DNA from: Gemmatimonadota bacterium
GTDB taxonomy: Bacteria; Gemmatimonadota; Gemmatimonadetes; Palauibacterales; Palauibacteraceae
Length of the DNA: 64,000 nt
Direction of reading: 5' to 3'
Assembly: GCA_963666735.1 (NCBI GenBank)
Contig: OY762926.1
Coordinates: 2,720,001 to 2,784,000 of the forward strand
Below, piece after piece: positions 1 to 10,458 of this stretch. The stretch's first letter is position 1. Every line of letters begins with the position of its first letter. The position numbers were made by a program, and so were the translations under genes. The notes under the pieces are model-generated. The model ran no database searches. It was not told the origin of the DNA and saw only the letters and a program-made list of their open reading frames with translations.

Positions 1-64
1 GGTGCTCAACCTCCTCCTCCTCGTGGCGGCGGCCATCTTCATCCCGATCTTCTGGCCCAGTTAG
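1..64 (+). CDS. 3' end of a membrane permease, probably SLC13/DASS family (partial)
   Basis: Frame 2 reads VLNLLLLVAAAIFIPIFWPS*, resembling the ...IPxFWP C-terminus of SLC13 permeases; only 20 codons are visible. Confidence 0.4.
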   Translation, partial: VLNLLLLVAAAIFIPIFWPS

Positions 65-93
65 GGCGGAGTACAACCAGGGCGGAGTACAAC

Positions 94-2118
94 ATGCTGG
101 AACATCTGCTCGAGACCGAGGTGGCGAAGCGCCCGCCGACCGTGCGCCTCAAGGGCCGGATCCTCTTTCTTACCGAAGATCCGGACCTCATCCGCCGCCA
201 ACTCGCCGGGGAGGACCTCGACTGGGATCCGTCGATCCCTCTGCGCGACGACATCTCGACCGATGAGATCACGCCCGGCTGGGTCTGCTACCACTTCGAC
301 GAGAAGTTGGGGGAATACCCGTATGTGGGCCTCCTGTGCAGCGACGAGCGTCCGATCGGCCGCAACGACATCCGGAAGGGCGGCTTCGTGTGTTCCGTGT
401 CCGGGAAGAGGCGCGGGAAAGGGTCGAGTCGGGAGGCTTCGCCGTATGCCGAGCGCGCCGCGGGCCTGCGCGTCGTCATCGGAGAGAACATCGAGCGCAT
501 CTACGGGGAGAATTGCGCGAACATCGGCCTCCTCGCATCGACGGACTTCTCCCTGATCGAGAAGATCCGGCGCGGGGAGGAAATCCCGCTCGACGCGTTC
601 ATCGGAGACGCGGGGCGCATTCAGCGCGACATCATCGAATACGGCGGGTTGCTCGACTACGCCGTGGCGAGGCTGAAGGGACTCGTCGCGCTCCCGGACA
701 TCGCGACCCCCGCGGACCGCCCGCAGACGATTGCGGAAAAGATCGTGGCGCGGCACTGGGTCACCGACGCGGCCTCCGGCAGGCTGGGCGTTCCGGCCGT
801 GCAGCCGGGCGACACGGGCTTCCTCCGGGCCGATCTCCGCTTCTCCCACGAGTACGTGACCCCGATGGCGTCGACGTTCTGGGAGGATTTTGCGGGCGAT
901 GCGGGACTGAATCACACCGAGTCCATCGTATTCTTCCGCGACCACCTCGCGTTCCTCGACGAGGTCATTACGGAGGAGAGGAAGGCGGCCGGCCTGCTCG
1001 ACGCGGCCCATGCCCTGCACGACCGCCAGCGTGAGTTCGCCGCCGCCAAGGGCGTGCGCCTGCACGGCGAACTGCCCGACCGCACGGGGAGCGAGGGGAT
1101 CTGCCATATCGTGGTGCAGGACCGCTACGCGCTCCCCGGCCAGGTCATCATCGGCAGCGATTCGCACACTCCGCATTCGGGTGCGCTCGGATGCGTGGCC
1201 TTCGGCGTGGGGACGTCCGCGATCGTCAACGCCTGGGCGACACGCGACGTTCGGCTGGAGGTGCCGGAATCGATCCGCGTGAACATCACGGGCCAGCCGC
1301 CGCCCGGAGTCGTGGCGAAAGATGTCATCCTCGAACTGCTGCGTCACCCGACCGTCAGGAGCGGCGAGGCGATCGGACGGATCATCGAGTTCACGGGGGA
1401 GGCCGTGGAGGCGCTGTCCATCGACGAAAGGGCGACGCTGACGAACATGGCGGCCGAGGTCGGGGGATTCACCGGCATCATCGCCCCGGATGCGAAGGCG
1501 GTGGCCTGGATCGCCGGGCGGCGGGGAGTGGCGGTCGAAGAGATCCGGGCGTTGTGCGATGGACTCTACAGCGACGCGGGGGCGGACTATGCGGCGACGA
1601 TCGAGATGGACGCGAACGGCATCGAACCGATGGTCGCGACCCCCGGCGATCCCGGGAACGGGGTGCCGGTCGCGGCGCTCCGCGGGGACGTGCGTGTGGA
1701 CACCGTGTTCGTCGGGGCCTGCACGGGGGCGAAGCGGGCGGACTTCGAGATGTACGGGACGGTAGCGCGCGAGGCGGTCGCGGCGGGGAAGCGCGTGCCC
1801 TCGGCCGTCCGCGCCTATGCCCAGTACGGTTCCATCGATGTCGAGGCGTGGAGCCGCGAGCAGGGCCACGACCGGGCCCTCAGGGATGCGGGATTCGACG
1901 TCCTCGCTCCCGGCTGCGGTGCCTGCATCAACGCCGGGCCCGGGGTGTCGACGGCGGCGGAGCAGGTCACGATCAGCTCGATCAATCGGAACTTCCCCGG
2001 CCGCAGCGGTCCGGGGCAGGTGTACCTGGCGAGTCCGCTGACGTGCGTGGCCTCGGCGATCGAGGGACGGATCGTGGCGTACGGCGAGCAGGCGTGGAAC
2101 CGCGAGTCGGCCGGCTAG
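94..2118 (+). CDS. Aconitase-family [4Fe-4S] hydro-lyase, LeuD-like swivel domain fused N-terminal to a LeuC-like domain
   Basis: DDISTDEI and GKGSSRE (swivel), then DH, GICH, DSHT, GACTG, GCGACI, NRNFPGR, YLASP. Confidence 0.85.
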   Translation: MLEHLLETEVAKRPPTVRLKGRILFLTEDPDLIRRQLAGEDLDWDPSIPLRDDISTDEITPGWVCYHFDEKLGEYPYVGLLCSDERPIGRNDIRKGGFVCSVSGKRRGKGSSREASPYAERAAGLRVVIGENIERIYGENCANIGLLASTDFSLIEKIRRGEEIPLDAFIGDAGRIQRDIIEYGGLLDYAVARLKGLVALPDIATPADRPQTIAEKIVARHWVTDAASGRLGVPAVQPGDTGFLRADLRFSHEYVTPMASTFWEDFAGDAGLNHTESIVFFRDHLAFLDEVITEERKAAGLLDAAHALHDRQREFAAAKGVRLHGELPDRTGSEGICHIVVQDRYALPGQVIIGSDSHTPHSGALGCVAFGVGTSAIVNAWATRDVRLEVPESIRVNITGQPPPGVVAKDVILELLRHPTVRSGEAIGRIIEFTGEAVEALSIDERATLTNMAAEVGGFTGIIAPDAKAVAWIAGRRGVAVEEIRALCDGLYSDAGADYAATIEMDANGIEPMVATPGDPGNGVPVAALRGDVRVDTVFVGACTGAKRADFEMYGTVAREAVAAGKRVPSAVRAYAQYGSIDVEAWSREQGHDRALRDAGFDVLAPGCGACINAGPGVSTAAEQVTISSINRNFPGRSGPGQVYLASPLTCVASAIEGRIVAYGEQAWNRESAG

Positions 2119-4838
2119 GCGGGTTCGACCCTCACGGGGCACACCTTCAGTTCCGCCGTGTGCGTGACCGGATCGTAGCCGCCTCCGGTGAGGAAGTTCA
2201 CCGGCACGTCGTTGAAGCTGAATGAGGCGAAGACGGTGCCGGGTGGGGATCGGTCGTTGGCCTCGACCTTGATCCGTACCTGGCCGCGCGGGCTCGACAT
2301 CGTCGCCCAGCCGCCGTCCACGAGACCCCACTTCGACACATCCGCCGGGTGCATCTCGAGGCGCTCCTCCGACAACAGGTACTCGATGCCGGCCGACCGC
2401 CCCGTCTGCGTCCTCGTGTGATAGGCCGGCAGCCGGCGCCCGGTCGTGAGCCAGATCGGATACTCGTCCGAGATCGTCTCGGCCGGATCCCGGTATCGGA
2501 TCAACTGGAAGATCCCGCGCCCGTTCTCGAACTCGCCTTCGTGAAGGATGGGAGTGCCGGGGTGACCGCGCTCCGGCACCGGCCAGTGGTACTCGCCGTG
2601 TTCGATGAGGTCCCAGTCCAGGCCGGCGTAGATCGGTGAGAGCGAGCAGAGTTCGTTGAACACCTGTTTTGCCGACTCGAACTCGAAGCCCTCCAGCCCC
2701 ATGCGCTGCGCGATCCGGGACACGCACCACCAGTCGGGTTTCGCCTCGCCCGGGGGATCCACCGCCTTCCGCAGGCGCTGGACGCGCCGCTCCGTGTTCG
2801 AACACACGCCGTCCGTCTCCGCCCAGGCAGTGGCCGGCAGCACGACATCGGCCAGTTGCGCCGTCTCGGTGGGGAAGATGTCGATCACGACGAGGTGGTC
2901 GAGGCTCCTGAGCGCGTGCTCGCAATGCTTCCGGTCGGGGTCGGTGACGACCGTGTTCTCGCCGTTGATGATCATGGCGCGGATCCGGTCGCCGCACATG
3001 TCGAGCGCCGTGACCTTGGTGGGCCCCAGTTCGAGGTCCGTCTCCCGGCCGTAGGCGGCGGCGAACTTCGCCTGAGACGCCGGGTCGAGCACATCCTGGA
3101 AACCGGGGTAGTTGTTCGGCAGCGCCCCGCAGTCTCCCGCGCCCTGGATGTTGTTCTGGCCGCGCATCGGATTGATCCCGGTTCCCTCGCGGCCGACGTT
3201 GCCCGTCATGAGGGCCAGATTGCAGAGGCTCTGCACGTTGTCCACGCCGCAGATGTGCTCCGTGATCCCGAGCGTGTAGTAGATCGCTCCGCGTTCGGCC
3301 TTCGCATACCAGCGCGCCGCCTCCGCGATCAACTTCGCGTCCACCCCGCTGATGGATTCGGCCCATTCCGGCGGGTACTCCAGGACGTGCTCCATGAAGT
3401 CGCGGCCTTCCGTCGTGCGGTCGGCCACGAAGCCCTCGTCCATCAGCCCCTCGCGCACGATCACGTGGGCCATGCCGAGCAGGAGCGCGACGTCCGACCC
3501 GACGCGGAGCGGCAGGTAGATGTCGGCCATCTCGGCCAGCGGAATCCGTCTCGGATCGGCGACGATGAGCTTGGCGCCCCGGGCCACCGCGCGCTTGATG
3601 CGGGTGGCCGCGACGGGGTGGCACTCGGTCATGTTGGTCCCGATGCAGAAGATCACATCGGGCTTTTCCATGTCCGCGAGCGGATTCGACATCGCGCCCC
3701 GTCCGATAGAGGCCGCCAGACCGGCGACCGTGGGGGCGTGTCAGGCACGGCTGCAGTTGTCGATCTGGTTCGTACCGAACGCGCCCCGGATGAACCGCTG
3801 CATCATGTAGGCCGCTTCGTGCGGCGCCCGTCCGGAGGCGACGCCGTACACGGAGTGTCTGCCGTGGTTCTCGACCGCCGCCGTGAACCCCGCCGCCGCG
3901 CGGTCGAGCGCCGTGTCCCAGTCGGTCTCGTGGAGTTCGCCGTCGTCGCCGCGCACCATCGGATAGGCAAGCCGGTCCGGGTGCTGCACGAAGTCGAACG
4001 CGAACTGCCCCTTGACGCAGAGCGCGCCCTCGTTGGCGGGCCCATCCATCGCCGGCTGGACGCCGATCAGCTTGTCATCCCGCGACATGAGGTCGACGGA
4101 ACAACCGACGCCGCAGTAGGGACAGACGGTCCGCGTCTTCTTCGTCTCACCCGGGACGGCGGCGTTCGCGAGCGCCTTGATGTCCGCGAGGGCCCCGGTC
4201 GGGCAGGTCTGCACGCACTGGCCGCAGAACGTGCAGGCGGAGTCCCCGAGCAGGCCTTCGAATTCCGTCGTGATCCGCGTCTCGAACCCGCGGTTCATGA
4301 TCGAGATCGCGTAGTCGCCCTCCTGCTCCGCGCAGACCCGCACGCAGCGATAGCAGGAGATGCAGTTGTCGTAGTCGCGAAGGATGAAGGGGTTGTCGTC
4401 GTCCGGCCGGCTGCGGCCGGAGGTGACCCCGGCGAAGCGGCCCGTCCGGGCCTCGTAGCGGTCGAGCAGCACCGCCATCTCCTGCGAGGCGTATCCGGAG
4501 AGCGGGTCGACGTCCGTGTCGCGGTTCTCGGAGGCGACCATCTCCATGAGCACCCGGCGGTGCATGTCGAGCCGCGCCGAGCGGGTCGTGATCCGCATCC
4601 CGGGCTCCGCGCGCATCGTGCAGGAGGCGACCGGATTGCGGGCGCCCTCGAGTTCCACGATGCAGAGGCGACAGGCGCCGAAGGCCTCCAGGCGCGGGTC
4701 GTAGCACAGCGTCGGGATCTCCTTGCGGTGCCGCTCGGAGACCTCGTACAGGCTCTCGCCGCGACGGACGCCGACCCTCTCGCCGTCGAGCGCGATCTCG
4801 AAATCGAAGCCCGTGCTGTTGCCGGAATTGTCGCTCAA
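2115..4838 (-). CDS. fdhF: Formate dehydrogenase alpha subunit, selenocysteine-containing (UGA at 3741-3743); about 907 aa
   Basis: ORFs 3741..5174 and 2115..3692 are one frame: DNCSRA-UGA-HAPTVAGL...MSNP; 2Fe-2S and 2x4Fe-4S motifs, CPYCGVGC, RGQNNIQG; TTG start at 4838 with GGAGG RBS. Confidence 0.92.
3711..3729 (-). promoter_or_regulatory. Bacterial SECIS hairpin of fdhF
   Basis: GGUCGCC-GGUCU-GGCGGCC begins 11 nt after the UGA; spacing and GGUCU apex match the E. coli fdhF SECIS. Confidence 0.85.
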
Positions 4839-4954
4839 ACCCACCTCCGGAGGCGCGAGAACCCCGCACCGCTGGAAACTGCCGGGCCCACTAACATGAC
4901 GCGCCGCGGCCGCCGCGACAAATCCGGGCGGCGTCCAGGTCCGGCCTCGTGCGC

Positions 4955-6619
4955 CTAGGCGGACCCGGTGACGTGGCTCGACACGCGATCCGGGAAGTAG
5001 CGGATCAGGCTCTCCGTGATGAGGGGGGCCGCCTGCCCGAGGCCGCAGGCGCTCGTCTGCATCATCGTGTCGCCCAGATCGTGCATCTCGTCGATCCAGG
5101 CGCCGATGTCGGGCGGGCCATCGCCGTGCAGGCGCTCCGTCAGGCGCTGTGTGCCGATGCGGCAGGGGAAACACTTGCCGCAGGACTCCTCGGCGAAGAA
5201 CTCCATGGCGGAACGCGCCACCTCGATCATGTCCCGCGAGTCGTCGAAGACCATGATCCCGCCCGCACCCAGGAACGACCCCTTCGCGCGGATGCCGGGC
5301 TCGTCGAGCGTGACATCGAGATCATCCCCCGCCAGGAAGCCGCCCGAGAGCCCCGCCATCGTCACCGCCCGGATCCTGCGACCGCCCGGGACGCCGCCGG
5401 CCCAGTCGTCGATCAGGGTCAGCAGAGGGAAGCCCATGGGTACTTCGTAGTTGCCGGGGCGAGCGATGTCCCCGGAGAGCGAGATCACCTTCGTGCCCGC
5501 GTGGTCGCCGAGCCCGAGATCCCGATACCAGTCGGCGCCGTGTACGAGGATATGGGGGACGGAAGCCAGCGTCTCGACGTTGTTCACGACGGTGGGAAGG
5601 TCCTCGTACCCGTGCGTCACCGGAAACGGCGGCCGGTTCCGGGGGAACGGGTGCTTGCCCTCGAGGCTGTTGAGAAGAGACGTCTCCTCGCCGCAGATGT
5701 AGGCGCCCGCGCCGCGGCGTACCCAGAGGTCGAACGGTCGTCCGGGCCCGAAGGCCTCCGGTCCCAGCAGCCCGTCGCCGCGGGCTTCCTCCAGGGCCGT
5801 CTCCAGGATGCGGAACGTGTCCGGATACTCGTAGCGGAGGTAGATGAACCCGCGCGTGGCCCCCGTCGCGAAGCCGGCGGCGATCATCCCCTCGATCACC
5901 GCGTGCGGGTCGTAGTCCATCAGCGCCCGGTCCTTGAAACAGCCCGGCTCCCCTTCGTCCGCGTTGCAGACGATGGTTTTGGGCTCCCCCGCGGCCTCCG
6001 ACACGGCCCGCCACTTCCGCCCCGTCGGGAAGCCGGCGCCGCCCCGCCCCGCCAGGCCGCTCGCGTCGATGGCATCGAGAAGCGCTTCGGGCCGCCCGCG
6101 AAGGGCGTTCTCGAGCCCGGAATAGCCGCCCGTCGCCCGATAGCCCGCCAGCGTGGCGCGTCCCGGAGTCCGGATGTGCGCGAATACACATTCCTCGATG
6201 TCCGGGTGTGGAGCGGGCGGGAGCGGAGAGGGTCGGGAGTGGAGCGCCCCGACCGTCGTTCCACAGAGCACCCGGTCACGATCCAGGACGGGAATCGGCT
6301 CATCGCACCGGCCCGGGCACGGCATCGCCTTCGCCTTCGGCAGCCCGGACAGAAGTCCGTCCGCCCCCAGCAGGGCGCAGATGGGTCCCGTACATACACG
6401 CGCGCGAGCGTAGCCCTCCGGGTCTCGCGAAAAGTGATGATAGAAGGTCACCGTGCCGAACAGGTCCGCGATGGGAATCCGAAGATCATCGGAGACGGCC
6501 CGCAGCGCTGCCTCGGAGAGGAACCCGTCCCTCTCGTGGAACTCGTGCAGCAGGGGAAGCAGGGGCGCCGGCTCGTCCCGCCATCTCGCGAGGAGCTCTG
6601 CGTCCGAAGGCGTGTTCAT
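4955..6619 (-). CDS. NAD(H)-binding flavoprotein subunit of FDH, NuoE-NuoF-like fusion
   Basis: N-terminal CTGPIC/CPGRC 2Fe-2S ligands; GRGGAGFPTG, NADEGEPG, YICGEET, ESCGKCFPC; start chosen at MNTPSD. Confidence 0.9.
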   Translation of the reverse strand: MNTPSDAELLARWRDEPAPLLPLLHEFHERDGFLSEAALRAVSDDLRIPIADLFGTVTFYHHFSRDPEGYARARVCTGPICALLGADGLLSGLPKAKAMPCPGRCDEPIPVLDRDRVLCGTTVGALHSRPSPLPPAPHPDIEECVFAHIRTPGRATLAGYRATGGYSGLENALRGRPEALLDAIDASGLAGRGGAGFPTGRKWRAVSEAAGEPKTIVCNADEGEPGCFKDRALMDYDPHAVIEGMIAAGFATGATRGFIYLRYEYPDTFRILETALEEARGDGLLGPEAFGPGRPFDLWVRRGAGAYICGEETSLLNSLEGKHPFPRNRPPFPVTHGYEDLPTVVNNVETLASVPHILVHGADWYRDLGLGDHAGTKVISLSGDIARPGNYEVPMGFPLLTLIDDWAGGVPGGRRIRAVTMAGLSGGFLAGDDLDVTLDEPGIRAKGSFLGAGGIMVFDDSRDMIEVARSAMEFFAEESCGKCFPCRIGTQRLTERLHGDGPPDIGAWIDEMHDLGDTMMQTSACGLGQAAPLITESLIRYFPDRVSSHVTGSA

Positions 6620-6744
6620 GCCGTCATAGTTACCCGACAAGCCCCAAGGCGGCAAACGACTTGAACCCGCGCGGCGTGACCATCCGGGGAACCCGGGGAA
6701 CCGTTGCGCCGACGCCGTCAGCGTCGACACCGTACCTTCGCCCT

Positions 6745-7578
6745 ATGATCACACCGCGCAGGAACACGGCCCGCGTCGAGATCGATCGCGTCTCCGAGGC
6801 ATCGCGCCGAAGAAGGCGGGATGCCGTGGCGGTCGAGGAGCCGCTCGAGATCCGGATCGCGACCGTTGAAGGCGAGGAACACCAGGTGGCCGTGACGATG
6901 CGCACGCCGGGGGACGATTTCGATCTCACGGCAGGGTTCCTCTTCTCGGAGGGGCTGCTGTCACACCGCTCGGATGTGGCCGACCTGCGATACTGCGTCG
7001 ATGTCGAGACGCAGGAATACAACATCATGACGGTGTACCTGAGCGAAGCGGCCCGCTTCGATCCGGCGGAGCTGACCCGGAACTTCTACGCCACCTCCAG
7101 TTGTGGCGTCTGCGGCAAGGCGTCTCTCGAGGCGATAGAGATCCGGGGTTGCGCCCCGATCCCGGCGGGAGCGACGGTATCCGCAGACGTCGTGCGATCG
7201 CTCCCGGACGCCCTGCGTCGCCGGCAGCCGGTGTTCGAGCGAACCGGGGGACTCCACGCGGCCGGCCTGTTCGACCCGACGGGCGAACTGCAACTCCTCC
7301 GTGAGGATGTCGGTCGCCACAACGCGCTCGACAAGGTGATCGGCGAGCGGTTCCTGGGCGGGGCACTCCCCCTGGGCGAGTCCGTGCTCGCGGTGAGCGG
7401 GCGCGCCTCGTTCGAGATCATGCAGAAGGCGCTCGCCGCCGGAATCCCTATCGTCGTCGCCGTCGGCGCGCCGTCCAGCCTCGCGGTGGATGTGGCGAAG
7501 GAGTTCGGGATGACGCTCATCGGTTTCGCGAAGCCGACGGGGTTCAACGTCTACACGGGCCGCCACCGCATCGACTGA
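6745..7578 (+). CDS. fdhD: Formate dehydrogenase accessory sulfurtransferase
   Basis: EEPLEI, TMRTPG, SSCGVCGK, TGGLHAA, EDVGRHNALDK. Confidence 0.93.
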   Translation: MITPRRNTARVEIDRVSEASRRRRRDAVAVEEPLEIRIATVEGEEHQVAVTMRTPGDDFDLTAGFLFSEGLLSHRSDVADLRYCVDVETQEYNIMTVYLSEAARFDPAELTRNFYATSSCGVCGKASLEAIEIRGCAPIPAGATVSADVVRSLPDALRRRQPVFERTGGLHAAGLFDPTGELQLLREDVGRHNALDKVIGERFLGGALPLGESVLAVSGRASFEIMQKALAAGIPIVVAVGAPSSLAVDVAKEFGMTLIGFAKPTGFNVYTGRHRID

Positions 7579-7588
7579 AGCACCGGGT

Positions 7589-9058
7589 TCACGGCGGCAG
7601 CGTTCTCCCCACCTTCAGCGCCAGATCGACGGCGGACTTCCTCCAGCCCGTCAGCGTCGATCTGCGGTAGGCGTCAGCGGTACGCTTCACCCCCTCGCTC
7701 ATCGTCGGATAGGGGTGAACCAGCGACCCGAGCGTCCCCAGCTTCACCCCCGCCTTCATGGCGAGCGAGATCTCCGCGATCATCGTCCCCGCGCCCGGGG
7801 CGAGGATATGTCCGCCCAGGATCCGGCCTCCCTTCCCGACGACGATCTTGACTCGGCCCATTGCGGCGCGCTCGGCGATGGCGCGGTCCAGGTTCCCGAT
7901 GTCGTAGGCGTGCGCGGACACCGCGGACCCGTGGCGATCCACGGCCTCGGCTTCAGTGAGCCCGACATGCGCGAGTTCGGGCTCCGTGTACGTGCACCAC
8001 GGGATCACGCCGTAATCGATGTTCGCGCGCACGGGGAAGAGCGCGTTCTGCACGACGGTGCGCGCTTCGTGGTCGGCGACGTGCGTGAACAGGAAGCCGC
8101 CGATGACATCGCCGGCGGCGAAGATGTGTTTCCGGGAGGTGCGCAGCTTCGAATCGACGGTGACCCAGCCTTTCGCGGTCTCCACGCCCGCCGCGTCGAG
8201 TCCCATGTCCTCCGTGTTCGGCGCGCGCCCCGCGGCGACCAGCACCTCGTCGACCTCGAACGTCTCGGGCGCGGCCGCCGGATGGTCGCCGACTGCGTCC
8301 CCGGCGGCGGCGATCGTCACGCGCCGCCGATCTCCCGCCCGGTCGACCCGCGTCACGACATGGCCGGTCCGGATCTCGATGCCCTCCCCGCGAAGCCTGC
8401 TCGTCAGCAACTCCGCAAGTTCGGGCTCTTCGCGCACCATGAGCCGGTCGAGCAACTCCACGACCGTGACCTCCGAGCCGAGGCGGCGGAAGGCCTGGGC
8501 GAGTTCGACGCCGATCGGCCCGCCCCCGACCACGGCGAGCGAGGCGGGAATCGTGTCGCGGTCGAAAGCCTCGGCGTGAGTGAGGTAACCCGCCTCCTCG
8601 AGCCCCGGGATCGGCGGCACCGCGGCCCGGGAGCCGGTGGCGACGACGAAACGGCGTGCACGGATGCGGCGGCCGTCCACCTCGACTTCGTGGGGCGAGA
8701 CGAAGCGCGCCGCTCCCTCGACCACATCGACGCCCATGGCGCGAAAACGCTCCGGATCGTCGTGCGGCTCGATCTCGGCCCGAGCGGCGCGGACGCTGGC
8801 GAGAACGTCCGGTCCCTCGATCGTCGGCTGGACGGGGCGCAGCCCGTGCGCGGCGGCGGCACGAAAATGATGCGCCACCCGGGCCGAGCTGATCAGGGCC
8901 TTGGAGGGCACGCATCCGGTCCAGAGGCAGTCGCCGCCCAGGCGGTCGCGCTCGATCAAGGCCACGCTCGCACCCAGCCCCGCGCTCCCCGCAGCCGTTA
9001 CGAGACCGGCGGTGCCCCCGCCGATGGCGACGATGTCCAACATCTGGTCTCGAGCCAC
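7589..9058 (-). CDS. Class I pyridine nucleotide-disulfide oxidoreductase (MerA/LpdA-like)
   Basis: GGGTAG, GGDCLWTGCVPSK, GGGPIG, HPYPT; lacks the MerA C-terminal CC pair and HMA domain. Confidence 0.85.
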   Translation of the reverse strand: MARDQMLDIVAIGGGTAGLVTAAGSAGLGASVALIERDRLGGDCLWTGCVPSKALISSARVAHHFRAAAAHGLRPVQPTIEGPDVLASVRAARAEIEPHDDPERFRAMGVDVVEGAARFVSPHEVEVDGRRIRARRFVVATGSRAAVPPIPGLEEAGYLTHAEAFDRDTIPASLAVVGGGPIGVELAQAFRRLGSEVTVVELLDRLMVREEPELAELLTSRLRGEGIEIRTGHVVTRVDRAGDRRRVTIAAAGDAVGDHPAAAPETFEVDEVLVAAGRAPNTEDMGLDAAGVETAKGWVTVDSKLRTSRKHIFAAGDVIGGFLFTHVADHEARTVVQNALFPVRANIDYGVIPWCTYTEPELAHVGLTEAEAVDRHGSAVSAHAYDIGNLDRAIAERAAMGRVKIVVGKGGRILGGHILAPGAGTMIAEISLAMKAGVKLGTLGSLVHPYPTMSEGVKRTADAYRRSTLTGWRKSAVDLALKVGRTLPP

Positions 9059-9239
9059 GTTGCTACTCCCCGTAGAGGTTTCTCCGCGAACTCTCCCTCA
9101 CTGTACACCCGCTGTACACCCGCCGTGGCGAAACCGTGCCGAGCGTGGCCGATTTTCCTTGCCGGGCGTCCCGATTCACGCTTAGCTTCGCTTCGTGCAG
9201 AATCCTACACCCCAAGCTGCGGTGTCACGGTCGGGCTCA

Positions 9240-10442
9240 ATGAAAAGCCGCGTCCAGCCGCCTCCGATCCTTGACAAGTGTCGTGAACTAGCGACCGTGA
9301 ACGGTCTCCGCGAGGCCGGCCTCTATCCGTACTTCATGCCCATAGAGGCCTCGCACGACACCTGGGTCGTCATCGACGGCGCGCGCAAGATCATGGTGGG
9401 CTCCAACAACTACATGGGGCTCACGCACGATCCGCGCGTCCTCGAGGCGGCCCGTGACGCCCTCAACAAGTTCGGAAGCGGCAACACGGGCAGCCGGTTC
9501 CTCAACGGCAACCTCAATCTGCATGAGCAACTCGAGGCCGAACTCGCCGACTTCACCTGCATGGAGGCCGCGCTCGTATTCTCCACCGGCTACCAGACGA
9601 ATCTGGGTACGCTGGGCGCGTTGATCGGCCGCGCGGACACGGTCTACATCGACAAGCTGGACCATGCCAGCCTCCAGGACGGTGCACGCATGGGGCTCGG
9701 CCGCACCCGGCGCTTCAATCACAACGACTTCGCGACCCTGCGGCGCATGCTCGAGGCCGAGACGCCCTCGCGCGGCAAGCTCATCGCGGTGGACGGCGTG
9801 TACAGCATGGAAGGCGACATCGCCGATCTGCCCACCCTGGTCGAACTGAGGCGGGAGTACGGCGCGGCCATCCTGGTGGATGACGCGCACGCCGTGGGGG
9901 TGCTGGGCGAGACCGGGGCCGGGACCGCCGAGCACTGGGGACTCACCGGCCAGGTGGACCTGATCCTCGGCACCTTCTCCAAGTCCTTCGCCTCGATCGG
10001 TGGCTTCGTGGCGGGTCGCGCAGACGTCATCGACTACCTCCAGCACAACGCCCGCGCCCTCATGTTCAGCGCGAGCATGCCTCCCGCCTCCGCCGCCACC
10101 GTGCTGAAGGCGCTGGAGATCATCCGCGATGAGCCGGAGCGCCGGGAGCAGCTCTGGAAGAACACCTACAGGATGATGGAGGGCTTCAAGTCGATCGGGT
10201 TCGATATCGGGCCGACCGAGACCCCGATCATCCCCATCCTCATCGGACCCATGGAGAAGACCTTCGTGTTCTGGCGCGCGCTGTTCGAAGCCGGCGTCTT
10301 CACGAACCCGGTGGTTCCGCCCGCGGTTCCGGAAGGGAGTTGTCGCCTGCGGACGAGCTACATGGCGACGCACTCGGATGACGACCTCGATTTCGTGCTC
10401 GACCAGGTAGAGCGCGTGGGGAAGAAGCTCGGCGTCGTCTGA
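9240..10442 (+). CDS. spt: Alpha-oxoamine synthase, probable serine palmitoyltransferase
   Basis: YPYF, GSNNYMGL, GSRFLNG, HAS, DDAH, GTFSKS (PLP lysine); operon context. Confidence 0.75.
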   Translation: MKSRVQPPPILDKCRELATVNGLREAGLYPYFMPIEASHDTWVVIDGARKIMVGSNNYMGLTHDPRVLEAARDALNKFGSGNTGSRFLNGNLNLHEQLEAELADFTCMEAALVFSTGYQTNLGTLGALIGRADTVYIDKLDHASLQDGARMGLGRTRRFNHNDFATLRRMLEAETPSRGKLIAVDGVYSMEGDIADLPTLVELRREYGAAILVDDAHAVGVLGETGAGTAEHWGLTGQVDLILGTFSKSFASIGGFVAGRADVIDYLQHNARALMFSASMPPASAATVLKALEIIRDEPERREQLWKNTYRMMEGFKSIGFDIGPTETPIIPILIGPMEKTFVFWRALFEAGVFTNPVVPPAVPEGSCRLRTSYMATHSDDDLDFVLDQVERVGKKLGVV

Positions 10443-10458
10443 ACCGGCGCCTCCCCCC

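Noticed and set aside
61..3624. Very long alternative-frame ORFs (e.g. 61..3624 -, 57928..60696 +, 16858..19011 -)
   Set aside because: Arg/Gly/Pro-rich shadow ORFs typical of high-GC DNA, overlapping well-supported genes
4955..6619. Complex I nuoEF
   Set aside because: No other nuo genes; it sits between fdhD and the FDH alpha subunit
7589..9058. Mercuric reductase merA
   Set aside because: No C-terminal Cys-Cys, no HMA domain and no mer genes nearby
9240..10442. bioF or kbl assignment
   Set aside because: No bio or tdh genes adjacent; GSRFLNG/GTFSKS motifs and the GNAT-SDR context favour Spt
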